Positions 1 to 11,632 of a DNA stretch of 62,069 bases are shown here, one piece after another; the stretch's first letter is position 1; each line of letters starts with the position of its first letter. The translations under genes and the position numbers were made by a program. The notes beneath the pieces were generated by a model. That model was not told the origin of the DNA, did no database searches, and worked only from the letters and a program-made list of their open reading frames with translations. This DNA comes from Eubacteriales bacterium (GTDB lineage Bacteria; Bacillota; Clostridia; Saccharofermentanales; UBA5734): NCBI GenBank assembly GCA_028684955.1, contig JAQUEY010000003.1, positions 1 through 62,069 on the forward strand. The letters run 5' to 3'.

Positions 1-1
1 T

Positions 2-77
2 TGGAGCCTGTTGACGGATTTGAACCCCCGACCTGCTGATTACAAATCAGCTGCTCTACCAACTGAGCTAAACAGGC
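2..77 (-). tRNA. tRNA-Thr (anticodon UGU), CCA encoded
   Basis: The reverse complement of 2-77 folds by eye into a 76-nt cloverleaf. Acceptor stem is GCCTGTT/AACAGGC, D-arm is GCTC-AGTTGGTA-GAGC, anticodon stem is GCTGA/TCAGC with loop TT-TGT-AA, T-loop is TTCAAAT, and the discriminator T is followed by CCA. The T-stem GGGGG/CCGTC contains one G-G mismatch and one G-U pair. Confidence 0.85.
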
Positions 78-138
78 GTCTGGCCTTGCGCCGGTTTGAC
101 CTGCGCAAGAGATAGTTTAAAGAAGCAAGGCCGGGCTG

Positions 139-1062
139 TCAAGTCGCAAAAAAGACTTCGTCGCCATTGTTTTCTTGCCTCGGCGGCCAGGGCTTCTCCA
201 GTTCGTGCGGATTTTCCAGGATCTGCTGGAAGCGTTTCAGGGAGCGGGCGTAGTAGAAGCCGTCGCCGATCCGTTCGTCCAGGGTGACGGCCAGGTTGAC
301 GACTTCGCGCACACCGATCGAACCGTCCGGGAGAACCTTGGGCACTTTCTGGCTGACACCGATGGTCAGGAAGATAGGGGTGGTACCGAATTCGTACAGG
401 TGGTGGAAGGGTGCGTCTATACCGAGGCTGCCCAGGTTGGAGATGAAGACACTGGTATGCATCGGTGACAGGTCAATCACGAAGCGTGGCAACCAGCCGT
501 GGTAATCGAGCCAAGTGACAAAGGAGACAAAACCTTGCAGGACAAACCGGGGCAGGAGCATCAGGACATTGAACCAGTTGACGATGCCAGAGCGCGCCAC
601 ATCGTCCTTTTTGGCCTCGGACCGGATGCGGTGGATTTCTTTCTGCAATTTGTCAGACAAGGTGTCCAGCGTATCTTCTGGTGCGAAGGTCATGACGACA
701 ATTTCTTCCTTGGCGTCATCCTTGAATTCCCGCTTCATGACAAAGGCCAGCTTGATGTCGTTGCGCTGGTAGACGCGGCGACCGACGACAAACCGGTTCA
801 TCTGCGGCCGCTCGGCGATGATCCGGACCAGGGAGGCCAGGATGACATGGAACAGGGTCATCTTGATGCCGCTGCCACCCTCGGCGACTGCAGCCCGGTT
901 GCGCTCATGCAGAAACGCCTTGACCGCAGTGATGTCGATTTCCTGCTTGAAATAGATCGCAGATTCGTTGCGGTTTTTCATGATAAAAGGGAAAAACTGC
1001 ATGAAGGGATCGATGTCTCGCAGACGTTTGCCATCGGGCCGGCTGAAAAAAGATTCTCGCAT
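139..1062 (-). CDS. stand-alone 2-oxoacid dehydrogenase E2-type (CAT-like) acyltransferase catalytic-domain protein
   Basis: 307-aa ORF starting at ATG with a GAGGA Shine-Dalgarno upstream. The C-terminal NLAVTLDERIGDGFYYA aligns with the E2 DHRxxDG active-site motif, with Glu in place of His. There are no lipoyl or E3-binding segments. Confidence 0.7.
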   Translation of the reverse strand: MRESFFSRPDGKRLRDIDPFMQFFPFIMKNRNESAIYFKQEIDITAVKAFLHERNRAAVAEGGSGIKMTLFHVILASLVRIIAERPQMNRFVVGRRVYQRNDIKLAFVMKREFKDDAKEEIVVMTFAPEDTLDTLSDKLQKEIHRIRSEAKKDDVARSGIVNWFNVLMLLPRFVLQGFVSFVTWLDYHGWLPRFVIDLSPMHTSVFISNLGSLGIDAPFHHLYEFGTTPIFLTIGVSQKVPKVLPDGSIGVREVVNLAVTLDERIGDGFYYARSLKRFQQILENPHELEKPWPPRQENNGDEVFFAT

Positions 1063-1091
1063 GACTAAGGTGTCCTCGCTTCTTGATGTAA

Positions 1092-1841
1092 TCAGGTCTC
1101 GGGTGCAGGGACTTTCTTGCGGGCAGAAAAGAGGCTGTACAGGGTCAGGAACAGGGCGAGGGCCAGGACCAGGTCGGTTGGGCTGATGTATGTCAGGGGG
1201 ACTAGAGAGTGATCGGGCTGGAAGGGCAGAGGGATCGTGCGGCCGAGCCAGGCCCAGCGGGTGCTTTCATCGGCCAGGCGAGCCAGGCGCAGGGCCCCGT
1301 TCTGGATACCTTCGGCCAGCAAGGGATCCTCGATCCGCTCGAGATAGCTCTCAGGCAGAGGCCAATAACCCTGGTTGCTCCCCAAGACCAGCATCTGGCC
1401 AGCCAGGGCGGGGAGGGCCAGGATGAGGCCTGTCAACCGCAACGGGGACAAATCCCGGACCTGACTGCCGGTCCGGGCTGGCCGGGCGGGAATCCGGTGC
1501 GGATGACGATCCAGCCGCTGGACCAGATGGAGATAAGACACCTGGATCCAGAGCAGGAGTTTGGCCCAGTTGGTGCGCCGGGCCGTAAAGACCACATTGC
1601 AGAGGATAAAAACCAGGTAAAGGCTGCGGGAAATCAATTGTAGCGTGATGAGGAGCTTGCGGTCTTCGGTCCAGATCAGATCCGGGCTATACGTACTGAG
1701 CCAATAGGGCAGGAGGGCAGAAAACAAGGCCAGGGGCAACAGGAAGACCGCGCGCAGCTCCCAGAGCATCAGGGCGTTGATCTGGCGGGAACGGACCACC
1801 CCTGCCAGGATAGCCAGGGCCAGGGCCAGCAAATAGAGCAT
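1092..1841 (-). CDS. hypothetical integral membrane protein
   Basis: ORF 1092..1847 begins at TTG, and the first ATG is at 1841. Several hydrophobic helices (LYLLALALAILAGVV, AVFLLPLALFSALLPYW, LYLVFILCNVVF, LVLALALFLTLYSLF) flank an Arg/Pro-rich loop. I recognise no family and see no clear SD. Confidence 0.5.
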   Translation of the reverse strand: MLYLLALALAILAGVVRSRQINALMLWELRAVFLLPLALFSALLPYWLSTYSPDLIWTEDRKLLITLQLISRSLYLVFILCNVVFTARRTNWAKLLLWIQVSYLHLVQRLDRHPHRIPARPARTGSQVRDLSPLRLTGLILALPALAGQMLVLGSNQGYWPLPESYLERIEDPLLAEGIQNGALRLARLADESTRWAWLGRTIPLPFQPDHSLVPLTYISPTDLVLALALFLTLYSLFSARKKVPAPET

Positions 1842-1861
1842 GCTCAACTTATCTGGACCGG

Positions 1862-4333
1862 TCAGCGCACGACCAGGTTGGCCAGGCGTCCCTTGACATA
1901 GATGAATTTCACCAGCTGCTTGCCTACGAGCAGGGCTGTCGTGCGTTCGTCCTTCCTGACGATGGTTTCGACTTGCTCGGCAGTGGCATCCGTTGGAATA
2001 TCGAGGCGGAATTTGACTGCGCCATTGGTCTGGACGGCGATTTCAATCGTGTCACGCACCAGAGCCTGAGGGTCAAAATCGGGCCAGCCATGACGGAAAA
2101 TCGAATCCGTGTAGCCGAGCTGGTGCCAGGATTCTTCGCAGAAATGGGGCGCGAAGGGGGCCATCAGGCGCAAAAGGTCCTCGGTGACCGAGCGCAGCAG
2201 GGCAAGATCAGCTGTCGCGAGCCCCTGGTATTTGTTGATGGCATTCAGAAGCTCCATCATGCGTGAGATCGATGTGTTGAACTGGAAACGCTCGGCGTCG
2301 ATGCTGACGGATTTGATGGCGTAATGACGCGCATATTGCAAGTCTTTACCGTCGTTGTCGAGTGCGGCAGATACGGCTGGGGCAGGCCAGGCTTTTGCTT
2401 CATCGACCAGGCGCTCGACCCGGCTGACATATTTGACGATCGCCTTGACGCCGTCATCATTCCAGGGACCCCCATCGGTGTAGGCAAAACCGAAGCCCAG
2501 GTACATGCGGAAGACATCCGAGCCATGGCGAGTGATGTAGTCATCCGGGGATATGGTATTGCCGCGCGACTTGGACATTTTCTGGCCATCGGCGCCGAGG
2601 ATGGTGCCCTGGTGGACCAGAGACTTGAAGGGCTCGTCAAACGAGAGGTAGCCCATGTCACGCAGGGCTTTGGTGATGAAACGGGAATAAAGCAGGTGCA
2701 TGGCAGCATGCTCGGCACCACCGATGTATTTGTCGACCGGGCACATCGCGTCGACCTTGGCTTTGGCGAAAGGCTCAAGATCGTTCTTGTTGTCGACATA
2801 GCGGAACTGGTACCAGGACGAGCAGACAAAGGTATCAAGAGTGTCCGGGTCGCGTTCGGCCAGGCCACCGCACGTCGGACAGGTGGTCTCGATGAAAGAG
2901 CGGCATTTTTTCAGGGGTGATTCACCGTCGGGGCGGAACTCGACATCGTAGGGCAGCTTCACGGGCAGCTGGTCTTCGGGAACCGGTACCACACCGCAGG
3001 TCGGACAATGGACGACCGGTATTGGAGTCCCCCAGTAACGCTGGCGCGAGACCAGCCAGTCACGGAGGCGATAGTTGATTTTCTGGCTGCCCTGGCCGGA
3101 TGGTTCGAGCTTGGTGACGATGGCTTTGATCGCAGACACCGAATCAAGCCCATCGAATTCGCCGCTGTTGACCAGAATGCCCTTGTCGCAAAATGGCAAC
3201 TCGTCCGGCGAACCGTCGGTACTGCGGATGACGCGCTGGATCGGGAGGCTGAAGGCCTGGGCGAATTCGAAGTCCCGCTCATCATGGCCAGGGACTGCCA
3301 TGACGACACCTGTGCCATAGCCAGCGATGACATAATCGGCAGCCCAGATCGGGACTTTCACGCCAGTGATCGGGTGGATGGCAAACGAACCGGTGAAGAC
3401 ACCTGTTTTTTCGCGCACAGTCGACATGCGGTCGATGTCGGACACTTTGCGGGTCTCGGCGATGTAGGCCTCGACGGCAGAGCGATGTTCATCCGTCGTC
3501 AGGGCATTGCACAGTTCGCTTTCCGGCGCGACGACCACATAGGTGACACCCATGACGGTATCGGCCCGGGTGGTGAAGACCTTGAGGCTGACCGGGTTGC
3601 CTTCGTGGTCTTGTGTAGGCTGGCCGTTGGTTTCGGCGCCAAAGACCAGCTCAGAACCTTCGGAGCGGCCAATCCAGTTGGTCTGGATTTTCTTGGTTTT
3701 TTCCGGCCAGTCGAGGGTCGGCAGGCAGTCGAGCAGCTCCTGGGCGTAGGCCGTGATGCGGAAAAACCATTGGGTCAGGTTCTTGCGGGTGACCTCTGTG
3801 CCGCAGCGCTCACAAGCACCCTCGTCAACCTGTTCGTTAGCCAGGACTGTGTTACAGTTGGGACACCAGTTGACGGGGGCATTTTTCCGGTAGGCCAGGC
3901 CATGCTCGTAGAGCTGGAGGAACAGCCATTGATTCCAGCGGTAGTATTCTGGTTCGCAAGTCGCCAGTTCGGCATCCCAGTCGAACATGCCGCCCATTTC
4001 GCGCAACTGCTTTTCCATCGTGCGGATGTTGTTGTGGGTGCTGTCCAGCGGATGGATACCGGTTTTGATTGCATAGTTTTCAGCTGGCAAGCCGAAGGCA
4101 TCAAATCCCATCGGCTGGAAAACCTCGTAGCCCTGCATTTTTTTCATGCGGGCCCACGAATCAGAAAGTGCGTAATTATACCAGTGGCCGACATGGAGAT
4201 TGGCACCGGATGGATAGGAAAACATTTCCAGGACGTAGAGTTTCTTGTCCTGGTGCTCGGGGTTGTAATGGTTCAGGCCTGATTGTTCCCAGTATTCCTG
4301 CCACTTGCGGTCGATTTCTACGGAATATGCCAT
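1862..4333 (-). CDS. leuS: leucine--tRNA ligase
   Basis: Class I synthetase motifs HVGH and KMSKS are present, with LeuS-typical length and an N-terminus [15 protein letters not shown]. The ORF opens at TTG 4351, but ATG 4333 is preceded by a GAGGGT SD. Confidence 0.96.
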   Translation of the reverse strand: MAYSVEIDRKWQEYWEQSGLNHYNPEHQDKKLYVLEMFSYPSGANLHVGHWYNYALSDSWARMKKMQGYEVFQPMGFDAFGLPAENYAIKTGIHPLDSTHNNIRTMEKQLREMGGMFDWDAELATCEPEYYRWNQWLFLQLYEHGLAYRKNAPVNWCPNCNTVLANEQVDEGACERCGTEVTRKNLTQWFFRITAYAQELLDCLPTLDWPEKTKKIQTNWIGRSEGSELVFGAETNGQPTQDHEGNPVSLKVFTTRADTVMGVTYVVVAPESELCNALTTDEHRSAVEAYIAETRKVSDIDRMSTVREKTGVFTGSFAIHPITGVKVPIWAADYVIAGYGTGVVMAVPGHDERDFEFAQAFSLPIQRVIRSTDGSPDELPFCDKGILVNSGEFDGLDSVSAIKAIVTKLEPSGQGSQKINYRLRDWLVSRQRYWGTPIPVVHCPTCGVVPVPEDQLPVKLPYDVEFRPDGESPLKKCRSFIETTCPTCGGLAERDPDTLDTFVCSSWYQFRYVDNKNDLEPFAKAKVDAMCPVDKYIGGAEHAAMHLLYSRFITKALRDMGYLSFDEPFKSLVHQGTILGADGQKMSKSRGNTISPDDYITRHGSDVFRMYLGFGFAYTDGGPWNDDGVKAIVKYVSRVERLVDEAKAWPAPAVSAALDNDGKDLQYARHYAIKSVSIDAERFQFNTSISRMMELLNAINKYQGLATADLALLRSVTEDLLRLMAPFAPHFCEESWHQLGYTDSIFRHGWPDFDPQALVRDTIEIAVQTNGAVKFRLDIPTDATAEQVETIVRKDERTTALLVGKQLVKFIYVKGRLANLVVR

Positions 4334-4432
4334 GTCGATACCCTCATTCAAGCTTAGATTTCCCGGCTATTTTAACAAAATCTCCTGCTATTTGCACACA
4401 AAAAAGGCAGGACCAGACAAACAGGCTCTCTT

Positions 4433-5311
4433 TCAGCTCATAGGACCCAGCAAAGCCATGCGCACGGCGCAAAGAGCCAGGATGTGCAGCGGATAAAACA
4501 GGTAGAAACCGTACTTGAGCCAGCGAGGCGGTTTCCTGTCACGTTGGAAGGCGATCATCAGGGGCACGGCCGCCAGCGAGGCGAGCTGCATGATGGCCCA
4601 ATAAAACGGCGCAGAGGCTGTCAGCAGGCGAATCACAAGAAAAAGGATGTTCAAAGGCAAAAGGTATTGGAAGATGCGCTGCTCCCAATGGGCTTCATCG
4701 ACCCGGTGGGTAGCGGCATAAAGCAATACCACGGTCAGAACGCCGTAGGATCCGTAATCGGTATGCAGGGCTTCTGCGGCCAGCAAGGCGGCCAGCAAGG
4801 CCAGGCTGCCCAGGACCAGGCCAGTCCGGGCGTCCAGTGTGATTCCTCCGGGACTGATCTTGAGGTCGAATCGCGGTGGGATCGGGCGGACGGGAACGGT
4901 GTTGGGTGCAGCTGGGATCGGTCGCAGGCTGGCGACCAGGTCGCGGCTGGAATCCTTGGCCAGCCTGTAACCGGCCAGGGCGACGATCGCCAGCGTGAAG
5001 GTGAAAAGGACATTGGTCCAGGCCATGTGCAGGCCAATCCACTGGTTGGCTGGCTGGATGATCACCTGTGCCAACAGGGCAAAAGCAGTCATGCGCAAAA
5101 AATAGACCATCGGGTTGTGGGTCCGGTGATACCCTCGGGCCACAGACCAGGCAAACAAGGGAAAAGCCAGGCGACCGGCAAGGCGCAGCAACATGACCAG
5201 GAATCCAGGCAGGACATCCCCGTAATAAAATCCGGCATGATCGAGCAACATGAACAACGCGGCGAAGAGCTTGAGCAAAATTATCCGCCTTTCTGTCGAA
5301 AAGTGACCCAT
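4433..5311 (-). CDS. TraX family acyltransferase-like membrane protein
   Basis: Polytopic membrane ORF with the TraX-type N-terminal signature LKLFAALFMLLDHAGFYYG. The start is uncertain: there is no SD at 5311, and an alternative TTG at 5278 follows GAAAGGCGG. Confidence 0.7.
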   Translation of the reverse strand: MGHFSTERRIILLKLFAALFMLLDHAGFYYGDVLPGFLVMLLRLAGRLAFPLFAWSVARGYHRTHNPMVYFLRMTAFALLAQVIIQPANQWIGLHMAWTNVLFTFTLAIVALAGYRLAKDSSRDLVASLRPIPAAPNTVPVRPIPPRFDLKISPGGITLDARTGLVLGSLALLAALLAAEALHTDYGSYGVLTVVLLYAATHRVDEAHWEQRIFQYLLPLNILFLVIRLLTASAPFYWAIMQLASLAAVPLMIAFQRDRKPPRWLKYGFYLFYPLHILALCAVRMALLGPMS

Positions 5312-5427
5312 AAAGCGAAAAAACCGGTCAAAACCGGGGTGATCATTTGATAAACAGTGGATTCTATTGTATCATTGTTGCGCACAGGACTCAAACACAC
5401 CTTTCATCTCAGAATGGAGATTCTACG

Positions 5428-6441
5428 ATGCACTTAGGAATGGATATTGGTATTGATCTTGGCACTGCTTCAGTGCTTGTTTATGTAAAAGGAAAAGGCG
5501 TCGTTCTGCGTGAACCGTCTGTCGTCGCCATTAATTCCAAAACCGGCAAGGTTCTGGCCGTCGGTGAGGGGGCCAGCCTGATGCTCGGCCGTACGCCGGG
5601 TATTGTCGATGCCATCCGCCCCTTGCGCGATGGCGTCATCTCGGACTTCAAAGTGACAGAGGTCATGCTCAAGGCTTTCATCAACCGGGTTTGCAAGGGC
5701 CTGAGGGCCAAGTATTTCAAACCGACGATCGTCGTCTGCGTTCCCAGTGTCATCACGCCGGTCGAACAGAAAGCAGTCGAAGATGCTTGCAAACATGCTG
5801 GTGCCAAGGACGTTTATCTGATTCGCGAACCGATCGCTGCGGCTATTGGGGCCGGGATTGACATCACCAAGGCTTGCGGCAGCATGATTGTTGATATCGG
5901 TGGTGGTACGACCGACATTGCGGTCATCTCACTGACCCAGCCCGTTGTGGACTTTTCGCTCAAAGTTGCCGGTGACAAGTTTGATGAGGCGATCGTCAAA
6001 CACGTCCGCAGGAAGCACAATGTCCTGATTGGTGAACGCACCGCCGAAGAACTCAAGATCAACATTGGTTGTGCATACCCGCGGGAAGAAGAGCTCACCA
6101 TGGAAGTTCGCGGCCGCAATCTGATCACCGGCATGCCAGCCACCATCACAATCAACTCGACCGAAATGCTCGAAGCGCTCGAAGAGCCGGTCAGCCAGAT
6201 TTTCGAAGCTGTTCACACCGTTCTGGAACGCACCCCGCCTGAGTTGATGGCAGATATCAGCCAGCGCGGCATCGTCATGACCGGCGGTGGTGCTCTGCTG
6301 TATGGCCTCGACCGCATGCTCGCTGCCAAGATCGGCATTGATGTGGTCGTTGCTGACGATGCCATCTCTTGCGTGGCGATTGGGACCGGGAAAGCACTCG
6401 ACATGATGGACAAATTCTCAGCCTTGAGCGACGGTACGTAA
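5428..6441 (+). CDS. mreB: rod shape-determining actin homologue MreB/Mbl
   Basis: Actin-fold phosphate motifs GIDLGTASVLVYV and DIGGGTTDIAV are present. ATG 5428 is preceded by a GGAG SD, while the ORF track start at 5347 lacks one. Confidence 0.93.
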   Translation: MHLGMDIGIDLGTASVLVYVKGKGVVLREPSVVAINSKTGKVLAVGEGASLMLGRTPGIVDAIRPLRDGVISDFKVTEVMLKAFINRVCKGLRAKYFKPTIVVCVPSVITPVEQKAVEDACKHAGAKDVYLIREPIAAAIGAGIDITKACGSMIVDIGGGTTDIAVISLTQPVVDFSLKVAGDKFDEAIVKHVRRKHNVLIGERTAEELKINIGCAYPREEELTMEVRGRNLITGMPATITINSTEMLEALEEPVSQIFEAVHTVLERTPPELMADISQRGIVMTGGGALLYGLDRMLAAKIGIDVVVADDAISCVAIGTGKALDMMDKFSALSDGT

Positions 6442-6492
6442 GCCACATTTCCAGCTTGGCATGGCTAGCACCCAGTCTCTGGGTGATGAAGA

Positions 6493-6523
6493 CCCTGGAT
6501 TCTGAACGGATCCAGGGCTTTTT
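6493..6523 (+). terminator. intrinsic terminator after mreB
   Basis: Stem CCCTGGAT (6493-6500) pairs with ATCCAGGG (6510-6517) and is followed by C TTTTT. Confidence 0.75.
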
Positions 6524-6562
6524 CCGGTGGTATTCAGGTGGTGTCGAGCCCGAAAATCTTGC

Positions 6563-6591
6563 TTGACGACCGTTGCCTGAACTTCTATAAT
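6563..6591 (+). promoter_or_regulatory. sigma-A-type promoter for rho
   Basis: TTGACG (6563-6568), a 17-nt spacer, then TATAAT (6586-6591). This leaves a leader of about 185 nt before the rho ATG. Confidence 0.65.
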
Positions 6592-6782
6592 GACAACAAA
6601 TTCACGTCAGAAATTGAATCGGACCTCATTTTGACCGATTTGCAGAACAGTTGGATTGATTTTGTTTCTTTGTCTATCTGAATGACTGCTTGATTTTCGA
6701 CAGATCTTTTCGTTTCCTTCTATTTTATTACCGGGCCAACCGGTGTTTTCCGGTGCCCGAGTCTCACACCTGAGGTGGTTTG

Positions 6783-9032
<2,250 letters not shown>

Positions 9033-9144
9033 CACCCATCTGCAGATCGGGTAATATTATTTGGCATGTTCCATTTTGGTGCAGCATACGTGTCCAGGCC
9101 CTTTCGGCAGACCCGCGCTGTATCCCATGAAGAGGTGAAAGCAA

Positions 9145-9345
9145 ATGAAAGACGGCATCCATCCGAAGTACGGCAAGACCGTCATCAAGTGTGCCTGTGG
9201 CGAGACCTTCGAGTCTGGTTCAGTCAAGGACAACTTGCATGTCGATGTCTGCTCGAAATGTCACCCGTTCTACACGGGCAAGCAGAAGCTGGTCGACACC
9301 GGCGGCCGCGTCGACAAGTTCAAGAAGCGCATGGCGCAGAAGTAA
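9145..9345 (+). CDS. rpmE: 50S ribosomal protein L31 (Zn-ribbon type, CxxC...CxxC)
   Basis: [26 protein letters not shown]...[13 protein letters not shown] is a typical L31 sequence. Confidence 0.96.
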   Translation: MKDGIHPKYGKTVIKCACGETFESGSVKDNLHVDVCSKCHPFYTGKQKLVDTGGRVDKFKKRMAQK

Positions 9346-9359
9346 GACTTCAAACCAGA

Positions 9360-9393
9360 GGGAGGCAGGCGGTGGCAAGCCTCCCTTTTGTTT
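9360..9393 (+). terminator. intrinsic terminator after rpmE
   Basis: Stem GGGAGGC (9360-9366) pairs with GCCTCCC (9379-9385) and is followed by TTTTGTTT. Confidence 0.75.
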
Positions 9394-9422
9394 ATCCAGT
9401 GTAACTTACTCACCGAGGGTAT

Positions 9423-10487
9423 ATGAAAAAAAAGAGTTTTGACAATCAAGCGGCAGCACCTGCCTGCCAGATGAAAACCACGATCGGTGGCCAGGCTTTG
9501 ATCGAAGGTCTGATGATGATCGGTCCGGACAAAAAAGTCATGGCCGTTCGCAAGCCTGACGGCTCGATCTATCTGGAAGAACTGTCGATGTCCCGTTGGT
9601 CAGGACTGGCCAATCTCCTCTTTGTCCGGGGTTCGGTCCGTTTGTTCCGCCAGCTGGTCACAGGTACCCGGGCGTTGCTGCGTTCAGCTGAACTGCTCGA
9701 AGAAGCCTCCGAACCAGTCCCGTCTCCTGAACCGGCGCCTGAAACAGCTCAGTCGGAAGATCCTGTACCCGCCAAACCCAGACGACGCACGTTCAAGGAA
9801 TGGCGTGCTGGCGTAGACCAGAAAATCGACCGTTTCCTGACGCACCACTCTGAGGTCATGCTCTATCTGTCTGCCATCGGCGGGATCCTTTTCAGTGTTA
9901 TCTTGTTCATTTTGCTGCCCAATCTTCTGGCCAGCGGGTTCAGCCATCTCACTGGCATCGGCGAGTCAGCCAGTCGCGCTTCGGCCATTCTCAAGAACCT
10001 CATTGAAGGTGTGATCAGGATTGTGATTTTTGTCGGTTACCTGATTTTGGCTTCCCGGATGAGCGAGATCAAACGAGTCTGGATGTACCATGGTGCGGAA
10101 CACAAGACCATAGCCTGCTACGAGGCCCAGATGCCGCTGACCGTCGAAAATGCCCGCCAGTTCAGCCGGTTCCACCCTCGCTGCGGGACCTCGTTCATGT
10201 TCATCGTCATTCTGGTCAGCATTGTTGTCTTTTCCCTGGTCGGCTGGTGGAATCCCTGGATCAACTTGCTGATCCGTTTCCTGCTTGTGCCGGTTGTGGC
10301 CGGCATAGCCTATGAAATCATCCGCCTGGCGGGACGATTCAACAATCCCATCACCCGTGCAGTCTCCGTACCAGGCCTCTGGCTACAGCGTTTGACGACT
10401 GCTGAACCTAATGACAGCATGCTGGAAGTCGCCATCGCAGCGATGGAAGCCGTTATCCCCGAAGAAACGGGCCGCGACAAATGGTGA
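9423..10487 (+). CDS. DUF1385 domain-containing membrane protein (YqhQ-like)
   Basis: The N-terminus IGGQALIEGLMMIGPDKKVMAVRKPDGSI and the motif YHGAEHKTIACYE are typical of DUF1385. The gene sits between rpmE and prmC, as in many Clostridia. It carries a Pro/Glu-rich linker insertion. Confidence 0.8.
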   Translation: MKKKSFDNQAAAPACQMKTTIGGQALIEGLMMIGPDKKVMAVRKPDGSIYLEELSMSRWSGLANLLFVRGSVRLFRQLVTGTRALLRSAELLEEASEPVPSPEPAPETAQSEDPVPAKPRRRTFKEWRAGVDQKIDRFLTHHSEVMLYLSAIGGILFSVILFILLPNLLASGFSHLTGIGESASRASAILKNLIEGVIRIVIFVGYLILASRMSEIKRVWMYHGAEHKTIACYEAQMPLTVENARQFSRFHPRCGTSFMFIVILVSIVVFSLVGWWNPWINLLIRFLLVPVVAGIAYEIIRLAGRFNNPITRAVSVPGLWLQRLTTAEPNDSMLEVAIAAMEAVIPEETGRDKW

Positions 10488-10500
10488 GGTGACCGTTCAC

Positions 10501-11385
10501 GTGACGGTTGGTCAGCTTTTTCGCAGTATGCGCCTTTCCTTGGCAGAAATCGGCATCGAAGCTGCCCGTCACGAGGCGGCTTTGCTGATTGCTGCTCGCT
10601 GCAACTGGTCTTTGCACCGGGTTTACAGCCATCCGGAGATCGAAGTCGCACCTCTGCAGCATGAGCAGCTGCAGGCCGATCTGCAACGCCGGCTCAAACA
10701 TGAACCGATCGCCTATATCCTCGGCCAGACCGAGTTTTATGGCCTCGGATTTTCCGTCGGGCCGGGTGTGCTGATCCCCCGTGCCGATACGGAGCGTCTG
10801 GTGGAAATCGCTCTGGAACACATACAGACTCATTTTCCACCAGACCGGGGGGTGCATGTCCTTGATACCTGTACGGGTTCGGGCTGTGTCGGGATCAGTG
10901 TCGCAGTTCATCTGGCTGCACAAGGCCGACCCTTCCAGCTCGACCTGGTCGACCAGGACCCGGTTGCACTTGGCTATGCCCGGGACAATGTCCAGCGTCA
11001 TCGCCTGAACGATGTGGCACACGTCTGGCAGGCAGATTTGTGGCCAGATCCTGCCCTGTCCGGACATGACCGCTACGATGTCATTCTGGCCAATCCGCCC
11101 TACATCGTGAAAGCGGATGTCCCAGGCTTAATGCCGGATGTCACCCGTTTCGAGCCTTGGATCGCCTTGGATGGGGGTGCCGACGGTCTCGATTTTTATC
11201 GCCGCCTGACCAGGGAGGCAGTCAGACGACTGAAAACACCGGGTTTGCTGCTACTTGAGCACGGCTATGACCAGGCCCAGGCTGTCGACAACCTGTGTGC
11301 TGAAGCCGGTTTGTGCAATCGGTTTGCCAGGTACGATTATGGCGGTCATCCCCGGGTCACAGGCGGCTGGCTGCTTGAAGTCTGA
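10501..11385 (+). CDS. prmC: peptide chain release factor N5-glutamine methyltransferase
   Basis: NPPY motif (ILANPPYI) and AdoMet motif (VLDTCTGSGCVG) are present. The ORF track start 10411 lies inside the DUF1385 gene. An in-frame GTG at 10501 (or 10489) follows a GGTGAGG SD, so the start is uncertain by about 4 codons. Confidence 0.88.
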   Translation: MTVGQLFRSMRLSLAEIGIEAARHEAALLIAARCNWSLHRVYSHPEIEVAPLQHEQLQADLQRRLKHEPIAYILGQTEFYGLGFSVGPGVLIPRADTERLVEIALEHIQTHFPPDRGVHVLDTCTGSGCVGISVAVHLAAQGRPFQLDLVDQDPVALGYARDNVQRHRLNDVAHVWQADLWPDPALSGHDRYDVILANPPYIVKADVPGLMPDVTRFEPWIALDGGADGLDFYRRLTREAVRRLKTPGLLLLEHGYDQAQAVDNLCAEAGLCNRFARYDYGGHPRVTGGWLLEV

Positions 11386-11419
11386 TCTGATCCCATTAGT
11401 GAACTGAGGAGCAGAACCC

Positions 11420-11632
11420 ATGCCTTCGCGTTTCAACCTGTTTCCTTTTACAATCGGCCAGGTTCTGGTCCTGAAAAAGAAACACCCTTGCGGCAGTGAC
11501 CGCTGGCGTGTAGACCGCGTCGGCGCTGATATTGGTTGCACCTGCCTCGGTTGCGGCCATTTTCACGTCTGGCCTCGCCGCCAGCTGGAAAAAGCACTCA
11601 AAGACGTTATCGAAACGAATTTGCCTTCCTAA
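11420..11632 (+). CDS. DUF951 family small protein
   Basis: 70-aa ORF with the DUF951 pattern KKKHPCGSDRWRVDRVGADIGCTCLGCGH. A GAGGAG SD lies upstream. Confidence 0.75.
   Translation: MPSRFNLFPFTIGQVLVLKKKHPCGSDRWRVDRVGADIGCTCLGCGHFHVWPRRQLEKALKDVIETNLPS

Noticed and set aside
3008-4282. A 424-aa ORF antisense to leuS. Similar shadow ORFs lie at 19160-20056 (antisense to dnaB), 47501-48541, 51451-52869, 22654-23502 and 42666-43376.
   Set aside because: All lie fully inside strongly supported genes on the other strand. They have Arg/Gly/Ala/Pro-rich shadow composition, no SD sequences and no family resemblance.
4334-4432. I looked for a T-box leader upstream of leuS, which is common in Firmicutes.
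   Set aside because: Only about 99 nt separate the traX stop and the leuS ATG. No T-box sequence, specifier-loop architecture or terminator/antiterminator pair is visible.
10411-10500. The ORF-track N-terminal extension of prmC that overlaps the DUF1385 gene.
   Set aside because: The extension lies inside the DUF1385 coding sequence in another frame. The PrmC family N-terminus aligns from about the GTG at 10501, which follows the GGTGAGG SD.
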